Assembly (NCBI GenBank): GCA_964057225.1
Contig: OZ059900.1
Location: 15,996,001 to 16,060,000 of the forward strand
DNA length: 64,000 bases
Direction: 5' to 3'
From: Auanema rhodensis
Lineage: Eukaryota > Animalia > Nematoda
The notes under the pieces were generated by a model, which had not been told where the DNA came from, ran no database searches, and worked only from the letters and a program-made list of their open reading frames with translations. A program made the translations under genes and the position numbers. This document shows positions 53,601-64,000 of the stretch, in pieces. Numbering within the stretch: the first letter of the stretch is position 1; every line of letters begins with the position of its first letter.

Positions 53601-56433
53601 AACAAAAATCGATTTAATCAATATTAGCCATAAGGGGCGTGCCCTCAGAATATGCTAATTTCCTTAATTTTCTAACCCCTGTTTTTTTGTCGTGAAAGTG
53701 GAACTAGACGTTGTACGAACAATTTTGAGCTAGGTTTCATTGACATTGCATGAGTTTGAACACATGAAATCGTAAGTCAAAACCTTGTTTACAGCGAAAT
53801 TTCCACAAACTGGTTTTCCAGCATAATAAAATATTTCTCATGGGAAATACTGTGTTTTTGTATTCTTCTAGTGTTCAGCATGTAAAATGCTTCATTTTAG
53901 TTTGTAACACGCTGAAATTCGTTGCATTTGACGACTCATATGAACAAAAATCGATTTAATCAATATTAGCCATAAGGGGCGTGCCCTCAGAATATGCTAA
54001 TTTCCTTAATTTTCTAACCCCTGTTTTTTTGTCGTGAAAGTGGAACTAGACGTTGTACGAACAATTTTGAGCTAGGTTTCATTGACATTGCATGAGTTTG
54101 AACACATGAAATCGTAAGTCAAAACCTTGTTTACAGCGAAATTTCCAAAAACTGGTTTTCCAGCATAATAAAATATTTCTCATGGGAAATACTGTGTTTT
54201 TGTATTTTTCTAGTCTTCAGCATGTAAAATGCTTCATTTTAGTATGTAACACGCTGAAATTCGTTGCATTTGACGACTCATATGAACAAAAATCGATTTA
54301 ATCAATATTAGCCATAAGGGGCGTGCCCTCAGAATATGCTAATTTCCTTAATTTTCTAACCCTTGTTTTTTTGTCGTGAAAGTGGAACTAGACGTTGTAC
54401 GAACAATTTTGAGCTAGGTTTCATTGACATTGCATGAGTTTGAACACATGAAATCGTAAGTCAAAACCTTGTTTACAGCGAAATTTCGAAAAACTGGTTT
54501 TCCAGCATAATAAAATATTTCTCATGGGAAATACTGTGTTTTTGTATTCTTCTAGTGTTCAGCATGTGAAATGCTTCATTTTAGTGTGTAACACGCTGAA
54601 ATTCGTTGCATTTGACGACTCATATGAACAAAAATCGATTTAATCAATATTAGCCATAAGGAGCGTGCCCTCAGAATATGCTAATTTCCTTAATTTTCTA
54701 ACCCCTGTTTTTTTGTCGTGAAAGTGGAACTAGACGTTGTACGAACAATTTTGAGCTAGGTTTCATTTACATTGCATGAGTTTGAACACATGAAATCGTA
54801 AGTCAAAACCTTGTTTACAGCGAAATTTCCAAAAACTGGTTTTCCAGCATAATAAAATATTTCTCATGGGAAATACTGTGTTTTTGTATTTTTCTAGTGT
54901 TCAGCATGTAAAATGCTTCATTTTAGTATGTAACACGCTGAAATTCGTTGCATTTGACGACTCATATGAACAAAAATCGATTTAATCAATATTAGCCATA
55001 AGGGGCGTGCCCTCAGAATATGCTAATTTCCTTAATTTTCTAACCCTTGTTTTTTGTCGTGAAAGTGGAACTAGACGTTGTACAAACAATTTTGAGCTAG
55101 GTTTCATTGACATTGCATGAGTTTGAACACATGAAATCGTAAGTCAAAACCTTGTTTACAGCGAAATTTCCAAAAACTGGTTTTCCAGCATGATAAAATA
55201 TTTCTCATGGGAAATACTGTGTTTTTGTATTTTTCTAGTGTTCAGCATGTAAAATGCTTCATTTTAGTATGTAACACGCTGAAATTCGTTGCATTTGACG
55301 ACTCATATGAACAAAAATCGATTTAATCAATATTAGCCATAAGGGGCGTGCCCTCAGAATATGCTAATTTCCTTAATTTTCTAACCCTTGTTTTTTTGTC
55401 GTGAAAGTGGAACTAGACGTTGTACGAACAATTTTGAGCTAGGTTTCATTGACATTGCATGAGTTTGAACACATGAAATCGTAAGTCAAAACCTTGTTTA
55501 CAGCGAAATTTCGAAAAACTGGTTTTCCAGCATAATAAAATATTTCTCATGGGAAATACTGTGTTTTTGTATTCTTCTAGTGTTCAGCATGTGAAATGCT
55601 TCATTTTAGTGTGTAACACGCTGAAATTCGTTGCATTTGACGACTCATATGAACAAAAATCGATTTAATCAATATTAGCCATAAGGGGCGTGCCCTCAGA
55701 ATATGCTAATTTCCTTAATTTTCTAACCCCTGTTTTTTTGTCGTGAAAGTGGAACTAGACGTTGTACGAACAATTTTGAGCTAGGTTTCATTGACATTGC
55801 ATGAGTTTGAACACATGAAATCGTAAGTCAAAACCTTGTTTACAGCGAAATTTCCAAAAACTGGTTTTCCAGCATGATAAAATATTTCTCATGGGAAATA
55901 CTGTGTTTTTGTATTTTTCTAGTGTTCAGCATGTAAAATGCTTCATTTTAGTATGTAACACGCTGAAATTCGTTGCATTTGACGACTCATATGAACAAAA
56001 ATCGATTTAATCAATATTAGCCATAAGGGGCGTGCCCTCAGAATATGCTAATTTCCTTAATTTTCTAACCCCTGTTTTTTTGTCGTGAAAGTGGAACTAG
56101 ACGTTGTACGAACAATTTTGAGCTAGGTTTCATTGACATTGCATGAGTTTGAACCCATGAAATCGTAAGTCAAAACCTTGTTTACAGCGAAATTTCCAAA
56201 AACTGGTTTTCCAGCATAATAAAATATTTCTCATGGGAAATACTGTGTTTTTGTATTTTTCTAGTGTTCAGCATGTAAAATGCTTCATTTTAGTTTGTAA
56301 CACGCTGAAATTCGTTGCATTTGACGACTCATATGAACAAAAATCGATTTAATCAATATTAGCCATAAGGGGCGTGCCCTCAGAATATGCTAATTTCCTT
56401 AATTTTCTAACCCCTGTTTTTTTGTCGTGAAAG

Positions 56434-59400
56434 TGGAACTAGACGTTGTACGAACAATTTTGAGCTAGGTTTCATTGACATTGCATGAGTTTGAACACAT
56501 GAAATCGTAAGTCAAAACCTTGTTTACAGCGAAATTTCGAAAAACTGGTTTTCCAGCATAATAAAATATTTCTCATGGGAAATACTGTGTTTTTGTATTC
56601 TTCTAGTGTTCAGCATGTGAAATGCTTCATTTTAGTGTGTAACTCGCTGAAATTCGTTGCATTTGACGACTCATATGAACAAAAATCGATTTAATCAATA
56701 TTAGCCATAAGGGGCGTGCCCTCAGAATATGCTAATTTCCTTAATTTTCTAACCCCTGTTTTTTTGTCGTGAAAGTGGAACTAGACGTTGTACGAACAAT
56801 TTTGAGCTAGGTTTCATTGACATTGCATGAGTTTGAACACATGAAATCGTAAGTCAAAACCTTGTTTACAGCGAAATTTCCAAAAACTGGTTTTCCAGCA
56901 TAATAAAATATTTCTCATGGGAAATACTGTGTTTTTGTATTTTTCTAGTGTTCAGCATGTAAAATGCTTCATGTTAGTATGTAACACGCTGAAATTCGTT
57001 GCATTTGACGACTCATATGAACAAAAATCGATTTAATCAATATTAGCCATAAGGGGCGTGCCCTCAGAATATGCTAATTTCCTTAATTTTCTAACCCTTG
57101 TTCTTTTGTCGTGAAAGTGGAACTAGACGTTGTACAAACAATTTTGAGCTAGGTTTCATTGACATTGCATGAGTTTGAACACATGAAATCGTAAGTCAAA
57201 ACCTTGTTTACAGCGAAATTTCCAAAAACTGGTTTTCCAGCATGATAAAATATTTCTCATGGGAAATACTGTGTTTTTGTATTTTTCTAGTGTTCAGCAT
57301 GTAAAATGCTTCATTTTAGTATGTAACACGCTGAAATTCGTTGCATTTGACGACTCATATGAACAAAAATCGATTTAATCAATATTAGCCATAAGGGGCG
57401 TGCCCTCAGAATATGCTAATTTCCTTAATTTTCTAACCCCTGTTTTTTTGTCGTGAAAGTGGAACTAGACGTTGTACGAACAATTTTGAGCTAGGTTTCA
57501 TTGACATTGCATGAGTTTGAACACATGAAATCGTAAGTCAAAACCTTGTTTACAGCGAAATTTCCACAAACTGGTTTTCCAGCATAATAAAATATTTCTC
57601 ATGGGAAATACTGTGTTTTTGTATTCTTCTAGTGTTCAGCATGTAAAATGCTTCATTTTAGTATGTAACACGCTGAAATTCGTTGCATTTGACGACTCAT
57701 ATGAACAAAAATCGATTTTATCAATATTAGCCATAAGGGGCGTGCCCTCAGAATATGCTAATTTCCTTAATTTTCTAACCCCTGTTTTTTTGTCGTGAAA
57801 GTGGAACTAGACGTTGTACGAACAATTTTGAGCTAGGTTTCATTGACATTGCATGAGTTTGAACACATGAAATCGTAAGTCAAAACCTTGTTTACAGCGA
57901 AATTTCCAAAAACTGGTTTTCCAGCATAATAAAATATTTCTCATGGGAAATACTGTGTTTTTGTATTTTTCTAGTGTTCAGCATGTAAAATGCTTCATTT
58001 TAGTATGTAACACGCTGAAATTCGTTGCATTTTACGACTCATATGAACAAAAATCGATTTAATCAATATTAGCCATAAGGGGCGTGCCCTCAGAATATGC
58101 TAATTTCCTTAATTTTCTAACCCTTGTTTTTTTGTCGTGAAAGTGGAACTAGACGTTGTACGAACAATTTTGAGCTAGGTTTCATTGACATTGCATGAGT
58201 TTGAACACATGAAATCGTAAGTCAAAACCTTGTTTACAGCGAAATTTCGAAAAACTGGTTTTCCAGCATAATAAAATATTTCTCATGGGAAATACTGTGT
58301 TTTTGTATTCTTCTAGTGTTCAGCATGTGAAATGCTTCATTTTAGTGTGTAACACGCTGAAATTCGTTGCATTTGACGACTCATATGAACAAAAATCGAT
58401 TTAATCAATATTAGCCATAAGGGGCGTGCCCTCAGAATATGCTAATTTCCTTAATTTTCTAACCCCTGTTTTTTTGTCGTGAAAGTGGAACTAGACGTTG
58501 TACGAACAATTTTGAGCTAGGTTTCATTGACATTGCATGAGTTTGAACACATGAAATCGTAAGTCAAAACCTTGTTTACAGCGAAATTTCCAAAAACTGG
58601 TTTTCCAGCATAATAAAATATTTCTCATGGGAAATACTGTGTTTTTGTATTTTTCTAGTGTTCAGCATGTAAAATGCTTCATTTTAGTATGTAACACGCT
58701 GAAATTCGTTGCATTTGACGACTCATATAAACAAAAATCGATTTAATCAATATTAGCCATAAGGGGCGTGCCCTCAGAATATGCTAATTTCCTTAATTTT
58801 CTAACCCTTGTTTTTTTGTCGTGAAAGTGGAACTAGACGTTGTACAAACAATTTTGAGCTAGGTTTCATTGACATTGCATGAGTTTGAACACATGAAATC
58901 GTAAGTCAAAACCTTGTTTACAGCGAAATTTCCAAAAACTGGTTTTCCAGCATGATAAAATATTTCTCATGGGAAATACTGTGTTTTTGTATTTTTCTAG
59001 TGTTCAGCATGTAAAATGCTTCATTTTAGTATGTAACACGCTGAAATTCGTTGCATTTGACGACTCATATGAACAAAAATCGATTTAATCAATATTAGCC
59101 ATAAGGGGCGTGCCCTCAGAATATGCTAATTTCCTTAATTTTCTAACCCCTGTTTTTTTGTCGTGAAAGTGGAACTAGACGTTGTACGAACAATTTTGAG
59201 CTAGGTTTCATTGACATTGCATGAGTTTGAACACATGAAATCGTAAGTCAAAACCTTGTTTACAGCGAAATTTCCACAAACTGGTTTTCCAGCATAATAA
59301 AATATTTCTCATGGGAAATACTGTGTTTTTGTATTCTTCTAGTGTTCAGCATGTAAAATGCTTCATTTTAGTATGTAACACGCTGAAATTCGTTGCATTT

Positions 59401-59853
59401 GACGACTCATATGAACAAAAATCGATTTAATCAATATTAGCCATAAGGGGCGTACCCCCAGAATATGCTAATTTCCTTAATTTTCTAACCCCTGTTTTTT
59501 TGTCGTGAAAGTGGAACTAGACGTTGTACGAACAATTTTGAGCTAGGTTTCATTGACATTGCATGAGTTTGAACACATGAAATCGTAAGTCAAAACCTTG
59601 TTTACAGCGAAATTTCCAAAAACTGGTTTTCCAGCATAATAAAATATTTCTCATGGGAAATACTGTGTTTTTGTATTTTTCTAGTGTTCAGCATGTAAAA
59701 TGCTTCATTTTAGTATGTAACACGCTGAAATTCGTTGCATTTGACGACTCATATGAACAAAAATCGATTTAATCAATATTAGCCATAAGGGGCGTGCCCT
59801 CAGAATATGCTAATTTCCTTAATTTTCTAACCCTTGTTTTTTTGTTGTGAAAG
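56434..59853. repeat. 5-mer higher-order repeat B-C-A-D-C (1710 bp x2)
   Basis: The type order B,C,A,D,C occurs at 56434-58143 and again at 58144-59853, followed by B at 59854. Each copy has its own private SNPs. Confidence 0.82.
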
Positions 59854-62800
59854 TGGAACTAGACGTTGTACGAACAATTTTGAGCTAGGTTTCATTGACA
59901 TTGCATGAGTTTGAACACATGAAATCGTAAGTCAAAACCTTGTTTACAGCGAAATTTCGAAAAACTGGTTTTCCAGCATAATAAAATATTTCTCATGGGA
60001 AATACTGTGTTTTTGTATTCTTCTAGTGTTCAGCATGTGAAATGCTTCATTTTAGTGTGTAACACGCTGAAATTCGTTGCATTTGACGACTCATATGAAC
60101 AAAAATCGATTTAATCAATATTAGCCATAAGGGGCGTGCCCTCAGAATATGCTAATTTCCTTAATTTTCTAACCCCTGTTTTTTTGTCGTGAAAGTGGAA
60201 CTAGACGTTGTACGAACAATTTTGAGCTAGGTTTCATTGACATTGCATGAGTTTGAACACATGAAATCGTAAGTCAAAACCTTGTTTACAGCGAAATTTC
60301 CAAAAACTGGTTTTCCAGCATAATAAAATATTTCTCATGGGAAATACTGTGTTTTTGTATTCTTCTAGTGTTCAGCATGTGAAATGCTTCATTTTAGTGT
60401 GTAACACGCTGAAATTCGTTGCATTTGACGACTCATATGAACAAAAATCGATTTAATCAATATTAGCCATAAGGGGCGTGCCCTCAGAATATGCTAATTT
60501 CCTTAATTTTCTAACCCCTGTTTTTTTGTCGTGAAAGTGGAACTAGACGTTGTACGAACAATTTTGACCTAGGTTTCATTGACATTGCATGAGTTTGAAC
60601 ACATGAAATCGTAAGTCAAAACCTTGTTTACAGCGAAATTTCCAAAAACTGGTTTTCCAGCATAATAAAATATTTCTCATGGGAAATACTGTGTTTTTGT
60701 ATTTTTCTAGTGTTCAGCATGTAAAATGCTTCATTTTAGTATGTAACACGCTGAAATTCGTTGCATTTGACGACTCATATGAACAAAAATCGATTTAATC
60801 AATATTAGCCATAAGGGGCGTACCCCCAGAATATGCTAATTTCCTTAATTTTCTAACCCCTGTTTTTTTGTCGTGAAAGTGGAACTAGACGTTGTACGAA
60901 CAATTTTGAGCTAGGTTTCATTGACATTGCATGAGTTTGAACACATGAAATCGTAAGTCAAAACCTTGTTTACAGCGAAATTTCCAAAAACTGGTTTTCC
61001 AGCATAATAAAATATTTCTCATGGGAAATACTGTGTTTTTGTATTTTTCTAGTGTTCAGCATGTAAAATGCTTCATTTTAGTATGTAACACGCTGAAATT
61101 CGTTGCATTTGACGACTCATATGAACAAAAATCGATTTAATCAATATTAGCCATAAGGGGCGTGCCCTCAGAATATGCTAATTTCCTTAATTTTCTAACC
61201 CTTGTTTTTTTGTTGTGAAAGTGGAACTAGACGTTGTACGAACAATTTTGAGCTAGGTTTCATTGACATTGCATGAGTTTGAACACATGAAATCGTAAGT
61301 CAAAACCTTGTTTACAGCGAAATTTCGAAAAACTGGTTTTCCAGCATAATAAAATATTTCTCATGGGAAATACTGTGTTTTTGTATTCTTCTAGTGTTCA
61401 GCATGTGAAATGCTTCATTTTAGTGTGTAACACGCTGAAATTCGTTGCATTTGACGACTCATATGAACAAAAATCGATTTAATCAATATTAGCCATAAGG
61501 GGCGTGCCCTCAGAATATGCTAATTTCCTTAATTTTCTAACCCCTGTTTTTTTGTCGTGAAAGTGGAACTAGACGTTGTACGAACAATTTTGACCTAGGT
61601 TTCATTGACATTGCATGAGTTTGAACACATGAAATCGTAAGTCAAAACCTTGTTTACAGCGAAATTTCCAAAAACTGGTTTTCCAGCATGATAAAATATT
61701 TCTCATGGGAAATACTGTGTTTTTGTATTTTTCTAGTGTTCAGCATGTAAAATGCTTCATTTTAGTATGTAACACGCTGAAATTCGTTGCATTTGACGAC
61801 TCATATGAACAAAAATCGATTTAATCAATATTAGCCATAAGGGGCGTGCCCTCAGAATATGCTAATTTCCTTAATTTTCTAACCCCTGTTTTTTTGTCGT
61901 GAAAGTGGAACTAGACGTTGTACGAACAATTTTGAGCTAGGTTTCATTGACATTGCATGAGTTTGAACACATGAAATCGTAAGTCAAAACCTTGTTTACA
62001 GCGAAATTTCCACAAACTGGTTTTCCAGCATAATAAAATATTTCTCATGGGAAATACTGTGTTTTTGTATTCTTCTAGTGTTCAGCATGTAAAATGCTTC
62101 ATTTTAGTATGTAACACGCTGAAATTCGTTGCATTTGACGACTCATATGAACAAAAATCGATTTAATCAATATTAGCCATAAGGGGCGTACCCCCAGAAT
62201 ATGCTAATTTCCTTAATTTTCTAACCCCTGTTTTTTTGTCGTGAAAGTGGAACTAGACGTTGTACGAACAATTTTGAGCTAGGTTTCATTGACATTGCAT
62301 GAGTTTGAACACATGAAATCGTAAGTCAAAACCTTGTTTACAGCGAAATTTCCAAAAACTGGTTTTCCAGCATAATAAAATATTTCTCATGGGAAATACT
62401 GTGTTTTTGTATTTTTCTAGTGTTCAGCATGTAAAATGCTTCATTTTAGTATGTAACACGCTGAAATTCGTTGCATTTGACGACTCATATGAACAAAAAT
62501 CGATTTAATCAATATTAGCCATAAGGGGCGTGCCCTCAGAATATGCTAATTTCCTTAATTTTCTAACCCTTGTTTTTTTGTTGTGAAAGTGGAACTAGAC
62601 GTTGTACGAACAATTTTGAGCTAGGTTTCATTGACATTGCATGAGTTTGAACACATGAAATCGTAAGTCAAAACCTTGTTTACAGCGAAATTTCGAAAAA
62701 CTGGTTTTCCAGCATAATAAAATATTTCTCATGGGAAATACTGTGTTTTTGTATTCTTCTAGTGTTCAGCATGTGAAATGCTTCATTTTAGTGTGTAACA

Positions 62801-63957
62801 CGCTGAAATTCGTTGCATTTGACGACTCATATGAACAAAAATCGATTTAATCAATATTAGCCATAAGGGGCGTGCCCTCAGAATATGCTAATTTCCTTAA
62901 TTTTCTAACCCCTGTTTTTTTGTCGTGAAAGTGGAACTAGACGTTGTACGAACAATTTTGACCTAGGTTTCATTGACATTGCATGAGTTTGAACACATGA
63001 AATCGTAAGTCAAAACCTTGTTTACAGCGAAATTTCCAAAAACTGGTTTTCCAGCATAATAAAATATTTCTCATGGGAAATACTGTGTTTTTGTATTTTT
63101 CTAGTGTTCAGCATGTAAAATGCTTCATTTTAGTATGTAACACGCTGAAATTCGTTGCATTTGACGACTCATATGAACAAAAATCGATTTAATCAATATT
63201 AGCCATAAGGGGCGTACCCCCAGAATATGCTAATTTCCTTAATTTTCTAACCCCTGTTTTTTTGTCGTGAAAGTGGAACTAGACGTTGTACGAACAATTT
63301 TGAGCTAGGTTTCATTGACATTGCATGAGTTTGAACACATGAAATCGTAAGTCAAAACCTTGTTTACAGCGAAATTTCCAAAAACTGGTTTTCCAGCATA
63401 ATAAAATATTTCTCATGGGAAATACTGTGTTTTTGTATTTTTCTAGTGTTCAGCATGTAAAATGCTTCATTTTAGTATGTAACACGCTGAAATTTGTTGC
63501 ATTTGACGACTCATATGAACAAAAATCGATTTAATCAATATTAGCCATAAGGGGCGTGCCCTCAGAATATGCTAATTTCCTTAATTTTCTAACCCTTGTT
63601 TTTTTGTTGTGAAAGTGGAACTAGACGTTGTACGAACAATTTTGAGCTAGGTTTCATTGACATTGCATGAGTTTGAACACATGAAATCGTAAGTCAAAAC
63701 CTTGTTTACAGCGAAATTTCGAAAAACTGGTTTTCCAGCATAATAAAATATTTCTCATGGGAAATACTGTGTTTTTGTATTCTTCTAGTGTTCAGCATGT
63801 GAAATGCTTCATTTTAGTGTGTAACACGCTGAAATTCGTTGCATTTGACGACTCATATGAACAAAAATCGATTTAATCAATATTAGCCATAAGGGGCGTG
63901 CCCTCAGAATATGCTAATTTCCTTAATTTTCTAACCCCTGTTTTTTTGTCGTGAAAG
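59170..63957. repeat. Young variable-length HOR (periods 4, 4 and 3 monomers) marked by GGGGCGTACCCCC and TTGTTGTG
   Basis: A285+C289 occurs at 59454, 60822, 62190 and 63216; T335 at 59846, 61214, 62582 and 63608; C31 at 60568, 61594 and 62962. I saw none of these earlier in the window. Confidence 0.88.
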
Positions 63958-64000
63958 TGGAACTAGACGTTGTACGAACAATTTTGAGCTAGGTTTCATT

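Larger units (their letters stand above)
1..64000. repeat. Satellite DNA array of a 342-bp monomer: 187 full copies plus a 43-bp partial copy, head-to-tail; probably (peri)centromeric heterochromatin
   Basis: TGGAACTAGACGTTGTAC recurs at 1, 343, 685, 1027 ... 63958. The start of M188 at 63958 equals 187x342+1 plus 3, which matches the seven 1-bp indels seen (+1 near 12987, 24939, 26308, 46159, 49238; -1 near 19645, 55055). No inversion or foreign insertion was seen, and the array runs off both ends. The centromeric role is an inference. Confidence 0.99.

Noticed and set aside
57601-57798. Listed 65-aa ORF as a real CDS
   Set aside because: It lies entirely within one satellite monomer. It exists only because a singleton A>T at 57719 removes the TAA found in the other copies. 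There is no gene context or recognisable domain.
1-64000. CRISPR array, or a repeat-spacer or cassette system
   Set aside because: There are no unique spacers. The entire 342 bp is repeated, and no cas, integrase or other genes are present.
1-64000. Array as a pure assembly or synthetic artefact, or the variants as an information-bearing code
   Set aside because: The hierarchically shared variants fit ordinary duplication and deletion history in a real array. Nothing requires a coding interpretation. Exact copy numbers still need read validation.

Overview
The whole 64 kb window is one uninterrupted, head-to-tail tandem array of a 342-bp AT-rich satellite monomer (about 34% GC by hand count). 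It holds 187 complete copies plus a 43-bp partial copy, all in one orientation. Monomers typically differ from the consensus at 0-6 positions, and I found seven 1-bp indels (net +3). There are no genes, RNA genes, transposons, CRISPR spacers or unique DNA. The single listed ORF (57601-57798) arises from one point mutation that removes a stop codon present in the other copies. The pattern looks like a young, homogenised eukaryotic centromeric or pericentromeric satellite, but the organism and family cannot be identified from sequence alone. The real structure lies in the variants. They define recurring monomer types and local higher-order repeats (HORs) or block duplications with periods of 3, 4, 5, 8 and 9 monomers. 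They also show chimeric monomers, a roughly symmetric layering of haplotypes, and a match between regions about 28.4 kb apart. The monomer itself shows traces of old internal duplication and many short dyad symmetries. Notation: pN = position within the monomer (p1 = window position 1); Mn = nth monomer. Types: A = A19+G127; B = G106+C167+G186+G204; C = T323; D = C108+C167; E = C150+T204 (with or without G47); F = G186+G204. Variant calls were made by eye. I found no evidence of a novel gene-based system.
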